Below are positions 48,145 through 61,900 of a stretch of DNA of 64,000 bases, piece by piece. The position numbers and the translations under genes are program-made. Origin of the DNA: Amoebophrya sp. A120 (taxonomy: Eukaryota; Protista; Dinoflagellata); the NCBI GenBank assembly GCA_905178155.1, contig CAJINV010000003.1, positions 11,629,074 to 11,693,073 on the forward strand. The letters run 5' to 3'. The number at the start of each line of letters is the position of its first letter. The stretch's first letter is position 1. The notes below the pieces were generated by a model, which saw only the letters and a list, made by a program, of their open reading frames with translations, did not search any database and was not told where the DNA came from.

Positions 48145-49724
48145 TTTTATTTTAATTGCACACAAAAGACAATTGCGTGCTCGCTTCAATGATAAAGAGC
48201 GCGAAAACAAAATACTTATTTCTTTTTTACGTAAACTCAATGTTTTTTTTTGGACGTTTTGCTTTAAAGCAAACTCAACGATAGAGAGTGGGAAAATATT
48301 TCCTTGGACGTTTTTGCGTAAAAAGGCTTTTGCGCTTTTTGATTTTTTCAAAATAAATGGAGCTTGTGTTTTCTGATGCGAAGATTAGTTTTGAGCGAGC
48401 TTCTCTACTGTACTTTTTTGGACGAAGTAGCAAATTAATCTGTGGAGCCGTGACGTTTCAATTATTGTGATCGCCGACACGTCCGTGCTTTCTTTCTTTC
48501 CGTGCCTGGGCATGGCGTCAAAAGATCAAGGACCCAAAAGATCCGCTGTGTTTCCATTTTCATCATTTCTCTCTCCGGTTGATTCTGCGACGACTCTGAC
48601 CCTAGAAAATCTGTTGTAACCTACAAAAATGCGCTGCGATCACTGATTTCGTCTAACCGAGTATTTATTTTCATTTTCATTTTCAGCATCGGTATTTATT
48701 GTATTCTAAATCGATTTTCCATTCCAATGAACAGGAGCCAGAGAGGAACGCCACTAAAACTCCCTCAAGTTGCACAAGTGGCTTGGTCCCTTTTTACACC
48801 CCATAGTATGCATCAAGGCCAATCATAGGCACTCCAGAGAGCAGAGAGGTCGTTGAGAGTCGTAGTTGGTTGCATTTCTAGAGCAATTTGAAATTCGATT
48901 TCTGGTGACTCATTAGTTTGGTACTACTCGTCACTGGTTCTTATACAAAATATCCGTGTCGATTCCGTCGTAGCAGTTCGGCAATTATCACCGCTGCGCG
49001 CTTTATTCTCTCATTTCAATTTGCGGTGTTGACCTCACTACATATCACCTAGGCGCTCATACATTCTTTTTTTTTTTATTTTTTCACTTAATCCTGCAAT
49101 TTGTTCCAAAATATAGAGTGGGTTCGCATTCTGTTTAGTCTCTCCTCTGTTCCTTGAAGAGTCTACATCAACATCACCACACACGCCTTTCGGTTGGTTT
49201 TCATTATACACGGCTTTCAGTTTTACCATTCATCATACACTTGGAAAAGTTTCTGCTAGTACTGGTGCACGGTTTCTACAAACTACAACAACTACGCTTA
49301 GTGTAAAGATCGACCACAACTCTGCCTCTGTCTATCGATAAAGTCTTTTTTTTGGGGGAAAAAAAAATTCCTCAAAAACATAGGGTGACGGTGAATGTTT
49401 GTGTTTCAAAAAATCAATTGTGCGCTCGCTTGCTTCTTCGGGCGAGCGAGTACCAGTTTACCTTGCTATCTATGTATGTTCCTGGGTGTAAGTAGTTGAC
49501 GGCCAGTGTCTCAACCGGTCGCCACCGTGAGCTGCAGAAACACTGCCCGTTTTAGCTATGAACCAACAGTCACGGTGAGTTACCAGAGGTAAAGGCAGCC
49601 GGGGCTCGCAATCGTTCCTGGTTTCAGTATCAAAATACTATCGCAATTGTCCCTGTTTCAAGAAACCTCGCAATTGTCCCTGTTTCAAAAATCCAAATAC
49701 GAACCCGCATGCAGCACGTTCGCT

Positions 49725-51292
49725 CTAGAAAAGGCTGAGCGAACGCAGAGGGACAAGCCCAGCGCAGTGATGTTCAACCTCCAGATCTTGGAGAGGACTT
49801 TGACGCTCAATTTCGAAGAGTTCGAAGTCCAGCTCTTTGATGTCAACTCTCAGAAGCCGAGGCGCCGACTCGACAACATCCACCAAAAAGCTCCACTCCC
49901 ATGTTGAGCGGCAGGAAATATTGTAATCATCCGTCCTGTGAGGGGGAGACTCGTAGTCGACAGTCCAACTGATTCGCTTCCTCGCCGTACTTGTGCCATT
50001 CGAGGAATCTTCGTTGACATCGTCCACAAGCATCCCTCCAGGTCCAACGCCAATCTTGACTGCGGCTTCTCTGTCTGTATCGGGCCTGTCCTCGAGGATC
50101 GCATACCATTTGATATCGTTGTATGATCGCGCACGATAGTAAACTCTCGTACCCTCTCTCGACTGTCGAATGTTCTGGGGCAGCAACTGCTTTTCAGCCA
50201 GAGGCCCACGAGTTCTGATCCATGTATCAGACGAGAGCGGCAGCAGTCGGCCACGTTCGCCACGATACCTCCTCTCTACTTCGCTTCTGCGAACCCCATC
50301 TCGGGGGCGTCGGCCGGCAAAACTGAGTCTCCCCTCCACGGTGCTTTGCAATCTCCGGAAATTGAAAGATTTAACTAAGTCGCCAACTGCCTTCCACAAC
50401 TTTACAGCCTCTTCCTGGGGGGCGATATCAATCCCAATCTGGATCGCCTCCTCCGGCGGCGGCAACTTGTTGAACAGGGAGGCTCTATTATGCGGACCGA
50501 ACCAAAACGACTTCAAAGAGACTGCACCATCGGAATTATTGTCCCAACAGTCGGCGAGTTTCTGCTCGAAATCGTTAAACGCGTCCTCGTCCTCTCTTTC
50601 CTGATGAGCAAAATCATATGGATAAACCCGTTCAACAGCCTCACCAAACCTGCTAGCAGCGCTAGCAACGCTTTCAGCAGCGCGCGAGAGAAGTCCACTC
50701 GTCTCCGAAACTGGACTTGCAGACGCCCTACCTGCTGCACTGTGGTTCTGGTTACCTAGTTCCAGGTCGACTTCATGTGATTCGTCCCCGGGGGAAGCCA
50801 GTGGCCGCAGTGAAGTACCACCAGGGCCGTCAGACGGCTGGCGCACCGCAACCATGTGCACGGAATGCCTCCCCACACTACGAGGCCCAGAAGATGAAGA
50901 GAAGCGTCGTGACTTCTCCAACGCCGACCCGAAATGCGACGAACCCAACAGGATATGGATTGCAAATATGTCTGGGTCTGGAAACTTGTAATGCTGAAAG
51001 TGAAAGAATGATAGACGCACTGCAATACGCAGCTATGCATGACAATTTTTTTGGCTTCCATGGCTTACGTATTCCGCATGGAAAACTGCGTTTTTGCATG
51101 ACAGGTAAGAGGGCCTTTTCGTGCCTATGCAACACAGATGCTCGAGTCATGCCAGACGACCATGACAAACTTGCATTCTTCCAGACCCAGACATATTTGC
51201 ATTTGATACAGGAACGACCACAACAAAACGCCACCGAAGACCGCTCCTCCCATTTTGCGGCTGGCTGTTTTCCGAAACTGCGGCGACGTCAT
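49725..51292 (-). CDS. Tandem-family putative secreted protein, copy 5 (435 aa)
   Basis: Exons 51214-51292 and 49725-50953 total 1308 nt in frame. Confidence 0.8.
50954..51208. mobile_element. Introner, family A (reverse orientation)
   Basis: TATGGATTGCAAATATGTCTGGGTCTGGAA / TTCCAGACCCAGACATATTTGCATTTGATA; DR CAGGA. Confidence 0.92.
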
Positions 51293-52243
51293 TTTTATCT
51301 ATTAATTGCACACAAAAGAAAAAAACTCAAACTCAACGATAAAGAGCGCGAAAAATATAAATACTTGTTTCTTTTGGACGTTTTTGCGTAAAAAGGCTTC
51401 TCCTTTTGCTCTTTGGTTTTTTCAAAAATGGAGCTTGTGTTGTCTGATGCGAAGATTAGTTTTGAGCGAGCTTCTCTACTGTACCTTTTTGGACGAAGTA
51501 GCAAATTAATCTGTGGAGACGTGACGTTTCATTCATTGCGATCGCCGACACGTCCGCGCCTTCTTTCTTTCTTTCCGTGCCTGGGCATGGTGTCAAAAGA
51601 TCAAGGCCCTAAAAGATCCGCTGTGTTTCCATTTTCATCATTTCTCTCTCCGGTAGATCCTGCGACGACTCTGAACCCAAAAATGTGCAGTGATCATTGA
51701 TTTCGTCCAACGGAGTACAAGTTTTTATTATGTTTTTATTTTCAGCATCGATAGTCATATTTATAAATCGACTTTCCATTCCAATGAACAGGAGCCAGAG
51801 AGGAACGCCACTAAAACTCCCTCAAGTTGCACAAGTGGCTTGGTCCCTTTTTACACCCCATAGTATGCATCAAGGCCAATCATACGCACTCCAGAGAGCA
51901 GAGAGGTCGTTGAGAGTCGTAGTTGGTTGCATTTCTAGAGCAATTTGAAATTCGATTTCTGGTGACTCATTAGTTTGGTACTACTCGTCACTGGTTCCTA
52001 TACAAAATATCCGTGTCGATTCCGTCGTAGCAGTTCGGCAATTATCACCGCTTCACGCTTTATTCTTTCATTTCAATTTGCGATGTGCAAAATTTGCATT
52101 TCGACTTGCATTTGTTGATTGAGTCTTAATTATTTCTCTTGTGAGTTACAGTGTGGTCCTGAAGCCAATGTCCACAAGCAGCTTCAGAAGCACTACGTGT
52201 AATTGGTGTAAAATTTTTCGATGCTATTGATTCTTCATATCCT

Positions 52244-54664
52244 CTACTTCACAGCAGGGCCAGGAGTATAAATAAACAAGTACAAAAAAAAGCTCGCAGT
52301 GTGCTGTTCCAAGCAAACCTCTTTTTCCCGTGTGCTATTGTGGTCGGTCTGTCGTCCCGTATAACGTGAGCAGGTTCGACACGTCCTTTTGCAAGATTCC
52401 GAATTTCGTCTTCTATCGCCGGGGAAAATCTTCAACATCGCTTTCGTATACAGAACATCTTTTTCCAAGTTCTTCTATCAAGATCACCCTTCCCCCTCCC
52501 AATACGCAGCGGGGCATGATCTTGATCCGCCCCGGTATCCTAACACTGTCAGTGATCTTACGGTTATGCATACAAAACAGAATGAATGCCAGAGCGACGC
52601 ACAAGCGATGTGAAAAAGACATTTTCTCTAGCCGTATCTTCTGTTGTGTGTCCAAGAAGCCCAGCACCATTTTCTGCTCCTGCGCAAACTCGCCAAACTC
52701 TCCGCGGACACCCTCTAGCGAGGTCCACAGGTCCCGAATCTAGTTTGTTGGTTATTCTTAAACAGCACTTCGTACATATCATGCGCACAAAACAACCAGG
52801 AATTGCGCCCATAGGCGTACCTGTGGTCCCAACGGCGCATGTGAACAAAAAGACCTTGGTCTGCATGCAAGAAAAGAATCACGAAATAATAAATTCCATT
52901 TATACTTGTTTTTTATTCGCGTTGGTTGACTGTTCGGTCTCCGCCGCCTTTTGGTTTACAACTTGCTGTGGCTCCATGGCGTCGAGCAAAACTTTCACGT
53001 CGCCGGCCACTTCTTTTATCCTGGTCGAAAGGTAGGTCTCCAGCTGTTTGTAGTCCTGCCGGCGCAAGTCCCCCTCCTCTTCGAGCCTGCTCTGCCAGGA
53101 CCGCTCCGCCCGCTCTATCCAGTCGCCCTTTTCGTTCAGCTCCGACTGGAAAAAGTCCACCTGCTTCTTCATCTGGTCGGAAGATGTGAAGTTGTCAGAG
53201 ACAAATTTCTGCATGTAGTCCTGTTGGTCCTTCATCTTGCGCTCCCTGTTTTATTTTGAGAAAATTTTGAATTTCCTCAAAGTACTTGTTCAATTCTGCA
53301 TGACGGAATCAAACGCCTATGCCTAGGCGTCTACCGCATGACAAAAATCGCATTTTAGAAGTCCTTCAGATCAGTAAGCACCTGTCTTCCTCACTCCTCT
53401 GCATGGCCTGCTGCGTGAGGTCCTTCAGCTTGTTGAGTGCCTCGCTCTGCTTCGTGTCGGCTTCTTTCAACCGTTGCGCATGCTGCTCCGCTTCCTGCTC
53501 CGCTCGCGTCTGGATGTTGTCTAGCTGTCCCGACAACCGCTGCTGATTCAGCTGCGATTCCATGTCCTTGTCCCGCATGGAATTTTCGAGCGCTTGTCGC
53601 GCTTTCCTCTCCTCCTCAATGGCCGCCATCACGGATTGCAGAATCTCGACTTTCGCTCTCTCGATGTCGGTCTTCACCGTGTTCTCGAGTGTGAATTGCC
53701 GGTGCGCGAGCTCTGATACAAGTGGTAGTGGAGTTTGCTGCAACGTATAGATAAAAAAAATCATCAAATTTTGATGATTTTTTTCTCTACTTCTTGGGTA
53801 CCTGGCATTTACTTGGGACAGCAACACCACGAGCACGAGAGCCATGAAAGCCCTCCAGCACGCGTTATAAGACGAAAAGTACTTTTAAAACACATTCGTT
53901 GTTTTTACCTCCAACTAGTTCTGTACCTTCCACTTTCTTCTGCATGCCCTGGACCTTCTGCCCCAGGTCCTCTATTTGCTGAAACGCCTTCCCCGTGACC
54001 ATCTCCACTTCCGTCGCGATGGCCGTCATGCTCTCCTCTAGTTTCCGATTCATTTTGGCCTCGTTCGCGGTTCGGGTCGCGATTTCCTTGTCTAGTGCGG
54101 GCTGCAGCGAACGAATCACGTTGGCAACAGAGCCGACACCTGTGGGGGTCAATCATTCGATATGTATATTGCAGAAATAAATTTTTACGACGTTCTATTT
54201 ACAGATAGAGATACAACTGGCTTTGACTTTTATTAACATCTTCTTCTTTACCTATACAAACCGTCCACCGACTAGGTATTAATTTATGTGTAGTAGATCC
54301 ATATTGTTCTCTTACCTTGCTTCCAGCCCCTTTCCGACTCCTCGGTGTCCTTTGCCAACTGCGTTACCTTCTTCGACAATTTCGCGACCAGGCTGCTCTG
54401 ACTGGCCGAGACGGACTTGATGAATTCTCGGATCTTCAGATCAAAGTCGGCCAGCGTCTGCTTGCGCAGCGCCCGCTCCTCGGCAACGCGGTCCCGCAGC
54501 TCCTTGGAGAGCAGCAGGCCCATCTCCTCGATCTTGAGGAGCACCTCCTCCCGCAGCTTGTTCATGATGGGTCGCGGTGGAGGTGATGGTATCCAAGAAA
54601 GACCAGGACGATGGTGCCCGCGCCGAAGATGGGTTTTAGTACTTCTACAACACTCAGCAGGCAC
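52244..54664 (-). CDS. Multi-exon coiled-coil protein (unknown function); both ends uncertain
   Basis: E/K/Q/R-rich heptad exons at about 54316-54570, 53925-54140, 53381-53745 and 52905-53246, separated by AT-rich GT-AG-like introns. Confidence 0.6.
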
Positions 54665-55900
54665 AGTAGTTGTACAGCCGAAGAGTTTGTTCAGCAGCGA
54701 AACTTCCTCTACCCAGCAGCAACGGCATGGAGCTCGTTCTACTCAGCTGCTCCCTTGATGAGTGGTCTTCGCTCGCCGAGGCAATTCGAGCTTTATTCCG
54801 CACCCCCACCGTCGTCGGTAGATTAAGATGCCTGCGGTAACGAGTAGTCGATAAAGTTGTCGAACAACTTCTTCTACCAGCGACTCCACTCAGGATGTCG
54901 TGAACGTGGCAAGTCCTCGATGCGATTGGCTGACATCAAAAACTAGAGAGGTCGGCACCGGCTTCGATGGAACCACTCCAGTCTTGATCTCGTCGAATAG
55001 CGGAGTCTAGTACAGAGTCACCTGTTGCAGGTAGCAGCAGCTTCGTTACTGACCGTGCCGCTGCACCTATCGGAGGCATGATACTGGTTCTTGATCTTGT
55101 CGTCCTTCCATTCTGGTGACTGCATGACAGGCACGTCCAGACGCATGTCTAGTACGGTGCAACTTCCTCAACATCGTCGTGCCGCAGGGAAACCACGACC
55201 TCAGGCATCTTCGATTTAAATCGCTAAAACTGGTCTCAAAAAACGCAAATCTTGCGGCCGATGGTACTGAAAATTATATCGCTTGAAATTTTTATTTACT
55301 AGCTAAAGGCAACTGGCTCCTTGTGCTTTACATGAGAAAAACGACGGACGACCACGACTTCGAACGTCAAGTCATCAGTCGCACAGAACAAGTCCACACG
55401 ACAGAGCCACTCCCTCTTGTTGATTGTTTCACAAAATCCGAGCAAGTAAGACTAAGTCTAAGATTAAGAAAGCAATCGCTAGACAAGGAGAACTGCAAGC
55501 ACTGCACACACGACGAAAAACGACTTCAATCATCCCTCACTCAAGAAAAAGAACCAAATTCTTTCTTGAGAAGGCAGCGACGTCTACTCTGAAGCGAAAC
55601 CTATCAAGCATGAGGCTGCTGCAGCCGCCAGACACGGCATGTCGGGGGGCACAATTCATTGCATTGCGAGTACGATAGATACTATGCATCTCGACAAAAA
55701 TTTCTTCTTGCAGTCAGTGTGAACTTTTGATATGGTCCATGATGTCACTAGGTGTAGGGGTCGTGTCGCAGCAGGCGCAGCCGCAACAGTACTTACTAGG
55801 TGAACGTGCTTCCTTTCTTTCGCTTAGGTCTTCTCCCTCACGCTCCACCAAATGTATCGCTTCGAGGTACAGCGAGACGAGCGAACGCGAGCGGTGGTCT

Positions 55901-58900
55901 TCACCTGGGGTCTTCCCACCGTCTTTTTTGTCCCGCTTCTATTCTGGCTAGCACCTCCCGGTCGTTGGTCGCCTGGTCTCGGACTAAAATGGTGGTCAGC
56001 TGCGCGACGATGGGACACTGCCGCGACAAGGCGTCGAGCGACATGATGAAGATCCACTTTCCGCACCCGTTTCCGTGCCACGAGATCGGTAGGTGCCAGG
56101 GCTGCTGATACTCGTCCGTTTCGTCCTCGAAGGGCGTCCCCACCCGCACGTCCGTATCAGGGTAGAGGGACGACGACGATGATGTTGAAGGTACAACTGT
56201 GTGGCCGCCGCCGGAAGGCGCTGCTGCTGGGACGTTTTCGCCTGCTGCACCCGGAACCTCCACTTTGTCTACACGAGTTGTACCTGCTTCTTGATGTGTA
56301 CTTGTACTATCACCCACTATACTACTTCTACCTCTATCGCTCATCGGTCCCCCGGCCTGCACCCACTTCTCGAGCTGTTTTCGTCTGAGAAACAGGTCGG
56401 GCGCTTCCGGCGCTGTCTCGCTGTTCAACCGCTCCTCCTTCTGGCGGAACACGCTGCAGCCGCGCGTGCTGTAGAGGCCGTGCGCGATGGGCGAAAAGTT
56501 CTCGATGCGGTCGCTGCGGGTGCAGCACGGGGACACCGCGCACCGGGGCACCCAGCCGTCCTGGCAGGGCAGGTTCTCCACCTCGATGAAGTTCCCGAAG
56601 ATGGTCTGCCACACGTCCAGGGCGGAGGTGGCTTGGTTGGCCCAGAAGTACTTCATGAACAGGTACTGGTCCGGGGACCCCTCGCCGGACCCGCACTCCC
56701 GGGTTTTGCGCAGGTGCTCCTGCTGGCACTCGGCCGCGAACTGCATCACCACCCCGATCATGGCGGCCAGGTGTCCCGCGCTGCCCAGGTAGCCCCCCGC
56801 GTTCAGGTACTTGGAGAGCTATCAAAATGAAAAATCCCCCCTCCCCATATCGAAACGGTCTGAGTCCGAAAATTTGTGTTCGCTGATTCGAGACCACAAA
56901 TCGGGTCTGTCTTGCAAGGAGAGAAGCGCAGAGGCTTCCGCGCCATTATGGAAGCGATTTGGCATGCTGTTGGGCCTAGGGGGCGCCCGATTGTAATGCT
57001 AAACAACTAGACCCCAACGCCCCTACCTAGGCTGAGGATCTGGCTGCGATGCCTTACTGCAAGACAGCGCGCATTTGTGTACGGAAATCCCGCATCACAG
57101 ATTTCCGTTTTGATATGGGGAGGGGGGATTTTTCATTTTGGTAAGAGCGTGGGCGAGTTCGGGAAGTTTGCCTCGTCCTCCGTGGTGCAGAGGTGCGCGC
57201 CGCCCCAGCCGCACAGACGCTCGTATCCTGTGCAAAAGTATCGTACTAGTATAAATTGCAATACAAATTAGCTTAGCATGACAAATTAAGTTTGTAATGC
57301 TGTTTTAGCTAAGGAAGGCGATTTGCTATGCATACTTGCAATTACTACGAGTACGATACTTTTGCAATCCATAGCTCGGAGGAGAACACGATTTCCTTTT
57401 TGAACTTTGCAAACCTATCAAATGCAAAAATGTCTGGGTCTGGAAGATTAGAACTTGTCAGGCTAAATCTGAATGATGCAAAAATCTGTGTTGCGTGAGT
57501 ACCAAAAGCTGTCTGCTTTTGAACAAGTTGAGAGGGAGTCTCTCATGCAGGAAAGGCATGATAGAGACCCCCAAGAGTCTGTGATGCTGGGCCTCGCATT
57601 CCAGACCTCATGGGTCATGGAAAACCTGCATCTTCACAAATCTTGCATTCTTCCAGACCCAGACATTTTTACAATCCATAAAACCGTTTGTGGACCAATT
57701 CCGCGACGTTTTTCACGTTTTCGTGCGGGAACACGCTGGTCATGTCGTTGAAGAACACGTCCATGCCGTCCGAGACCCAGTAGAGAAAATTTGCGCCTTT
57801 CGTTCCCTGTGCTTCGTATGCATTGCAAATACTATAGCGATCTGGGTCTGGAAGAATGCAAACTTCTCATGCGGATTCTGAAAGAGACGATGGCGAAAAT
57901 GATCTGTGTAGGTTGCATAGTGAGCAAGAAAACATGCGCGATCTTTGTCTGCAAAAGACAGAGGGCACTTCTCATGCAGATTAGGCAATAAGAACTACAA
58001 GCCCTCGAAGAATTTGTCATGCTCTGTGTGCATTCCAGACCTCCGCATACATGCAAAAACTGCATGTACAATCTTCTCCTTCAAGACCATCCAGACATTA
58101 TATTTGCAGTGGATACTTCGTGCAGTTTCTCGATTGCTTCCTGCTCCAGTAAATACTCGCGGTACTTTTCCAGCCGCGCGGCCATGTTGGTCCACTGAAC
58201 GTTCTCACAGACATTCACCACCCCAACGCCCTGCTGCATCATGGTCGCCATGAAAATTTTGTACACCGGAAAGTCGGTGGCAACGCCCTCCCCGGTGACA
58301 CAGGTCACGATCTGCAGCGCTTTGCTAGTTGTACTCTTCTGTGTTTGAGGGCTCGCGGGGTCCTGGTCCTGTCCTCCACCTGTCTGTTCTACTATCGCAT
58401 TTCCGCTGCTAGCCGCGGTTGCGAAGCTCTCGAGCAAAAATTTCCGCGACGCCGCTTTGTCCGCAACGGCCTCCAAGTGCGAGAGCCGCATCAGCACCAA
58501 GTGCATGGAGCCCTGGCGGACCAGAATCTGTTGCTCGTTTAGGTACTCCCGCATGCGTTCCATCTTCTCCTTTTCCTTCTCGATTTCACCTTGCACCCGG
58601 TGCATATGCATTGCAAAGGTATCTTCGCACTCGTACTTCTAATCGCGATCACGCAAGACAAATTTTTATCGCCTCCCCAAGCTGTATCTATCAGCATGGC
58701 AAATTCCATTTGTCACGCGCACTGATTTGCAAATTGCAACTTACTACTAGTACAGTACTTTTGCAAAAATGCATAGTGCACCTCCTCGTACAAAAACGCG
58801 AGCTCCTCCCGGGCCTCCTCCATGCGCTGGATTTCGTTATGCATCGCATCCGGAAAGCAAAACGCGTTTTCGTGCTCGAGAAACCAGTGGTCTTCTTGGG

Positions 58901-61900
58901 GTGCAGCTGCCAGTGGTCTCTGTTCTTGGTCATCTGCACTTCCACCTGGACCTTGTTCCCCCGCAATGACCTGCGTTTGTTCGTGCAACTCTACCCCGTG
59001 GAGCATGTGGGCGGGCGAATGGATATTGATTTTTTCTCCATCTCGGTCTCCCGGCGATTTCTCCCCAGATGAAGTGGTTGCTGTTCTACTACTTCTATCC
59101 GCCAACGCCCCGGCGCCCTTGCAACAGGCGTACTTGTTGAGATTCACGACGAATTTGCTGCGGCACGCCCGCTGCGACACCTTTTCGTTCTCGGTTTTCG
59201 CGTCAAAGTCCGGACTCAGTACGAAAGACACTTCTTTTTCCGTCAGCTTCTGCTTCAGCGGCCTCGTCAGAGACGCACCAGGATCGTTCGTTTCGACCGT
59301 TCTTGTACCAGCGGCATGACCCGGCCTCTCCGTATTTTCGTCGCCATTGGCGCTCGCTGGTGCCGTCCTTCTTTCGTGGCCCTCTCCTCCTCCTGCTTCT
59401 ACTCCCACCTGTTCGGCAGGTAGTTGATGCTGGTCATCGTCGTGGCTTTGAAACTTATTGTTTTCTGTTTTGTAGAAAACATCCTCGCGCAAGCTTTCCT
59501 TGTCAAAGACCCGCTGGACCTCGGCGCCGCCTTCGGGCTTCATGTTCCAGTGCGGGTTGAACCCGGTTTTCCCGCCTTCAAAGGGGTAATTTTCCTGGTC
59601 GAAAAAGTCTTGCAGAACCCGTTTGTACTTGGAATTTTTCACGCTGGGGTGCAGCCACAGGTACTCTTGCACCACCTCTTTGTCCAGAAACGGGTACCGG
59701 CCCTCGACCCCGTGCGTGCCCGCAATCAGCTCCTCCTTCATCAAATAGTCCCGCTGCGTGCCCAGGAAAAAGCTGTGCCAGGGAAAGATGTCGGCCAAGG
59801 CGTCGGGAAACTTGCCCCCAAAGTTGCTGTGCGGGTAGATTTTCTCGCCGACATTCCCGTAATCCGATATGTACTCGTCCGCCCCGGACCCGGAAAGGTA
59901 GATTTGGATGCCCCGCTTTTTGCACGCACGGCAGATCCACGAAAGCCCGGAGGATGCGAAGTCGCCCGAGACAGCAACCGGCTGCCCGTCACGGGCCTTG
60001 TACTCGAAAGGTTATGAAGAGGGTGTGCGAGAACGACAACTCCACGACCTTGCATGTTGGCATGTACAGCAAAACTAAAACAAGCACCAGCAAGAACACT
60101 TCGCCTACCGCATGACAAAAAATCTTCTACAACACGTCGTCAATTGCAGCTGTAGTAGCGCGGCCGCTTCTTTGAGGTAGTTCCACTGATGAAACTTGTC
60201 AACGAGGCCGCAGCGCCACAAGGGAAACCACCAGTGGGGGGGCTGGTGACGTGGGCTTCCTTGGCGTTTTGCATTTATACAAACGAGATGGGAGTAGAAA
60301 AAGGTGCGCACACACTCATAAGGGTTCCGTGTTGTTCAACAGAAATGCGTATTCGGACTCTAAAGTTTGCTCCGAGAAAACGACGACGTTCTATCCTGAG
60401 TAAAAACGTACCCACACCAGAGTCAAGATGGGGATTTTTTTGCCCTGCCCCCAATTTTTTCATCATTCATTTATTCTAGTCGGGGCGGTGGGCGTTTCCA
60501 AAAATGTGAAGAACCCCTCCCACCCGCCATGTTATTCACATATAAGGAATTGCGCAGGTATACGGCATTTTTTTCCCGATTTCTTACTTTCGTAGCCCGG
60601 TCTTGCAGGGCTCTCGCCCTGTTGGCACTCGAGCGGTATACTGCTTGAAAAATGACGCGCAAACCCTTTTTGGTATTGTCTGTGTACATTCTACGGCCCT
60701 TGATCGCTTTTTCATTCAGTGATTGGGGATTTTGCAACACAAACCTAGGAGCTTTGGGAGTCACGCATGACAAGTTTCAGTCCGTAAGGTAGTGCAAGTT
60801 AGCAAGGAAAGCCGCATCACAAATCGATTTGCTGATCCTGTTTACAGCATTACAAGTTCCCAAACGCGATTGAAAAGGCCTGTCATGGGGTTGCGCATCA
60901 CAAATGTTCCTGTCATGGCAAATCTGCATGACAACTCTGGGGTGGGTACGTTTTTACTCAGGATACGTTCCCCTCGGCGGTCTGTTGCGTCTGCTGCAAG
61001 CGTTGTCCCACGACGTCAACATTCTCGCCGGCGAAAATGGTGTAGGCGAAGTGCAGCTTCTGCAGCTTGTGCAGCGCCAAGTTGATCGCGCCCGAGTCGT
61101 ATCAAATGCAAAAATGTCTGGGTCTGGAATGTCGCCGGGTTTGTCATGCATCTTTTGCATGACCCAAGATGTCTCGTCTGTAACGCACGACCTAGCATCA
61201 CAGATTTTTAGAGGGCTTCCTCATGCCTACTCCGCATGATAAATGCCCTCCCCGCGTAGCACAAACTAGACTCCTCTTGCTGGTCATGCAATACAGTTTT
61301 TTTTTAGAGTCCCAAGTTAGCATCACAAGTTCCAACTTTCCAGACCCAGACACAACTTTTGCATTTGATAAGTCGTACCCGGATGAGAGCCCGAGAAACA
61401 CGCCGTGCCTCTGGTACTGGATTCGGCGGTGGACCGCTCGAAGGAAGGCACTGATCCAGTCTTTGGTGGTGGTCTTGTACTGCCGCAAATCGAACTCGTA
61501 GTTGGTGGACTGGGAGATCACGAACTTCGTGGTCAAGTCGATTTCCAGAATCGTGTTGGGCGGTACCTGCACCCGGTTCGCGACCCCGAGGCGCTCCAGC
61601 GCAGACTCGTAGGTCGCCACGTGCAGCCCCCGGTCCGTGCTGTACCACAGGGGTTTGGTTCCAAACACGTCTGTGGCGAGGAAAAGCCGGTTTTTCCGCA
61701 GGTCCAAGACCGCGATCGCATACTCCCCGTCCAAAAGTTGCGCAAAGTTTCTGCCCCTCTCCAAGTACGTCGGGTAGATGGCTTGCCCGTCCGACGCGAA
61801 CAGATTCTTCGGTGTGCTTTTTGATGTAGAAGCGAAGGCTTGCTCGTTTTGAAACGTTTTCCTCGACGAAGACCCTGGTGCTCCTCGCGCTGTCGTTCTT

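Larger units (their letters stand above)
32230..53291. repeat. Tandem segmental-duplication cluster with five gene copies
   Basis: Near-identical blocks (approximate limits): 32230-33450 with 41120-42340; 35253-38120 with 44194-47070; 34270-36660 with 47075-49465; 38930-41030 with 51190-53291. Confidence 0.9.
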
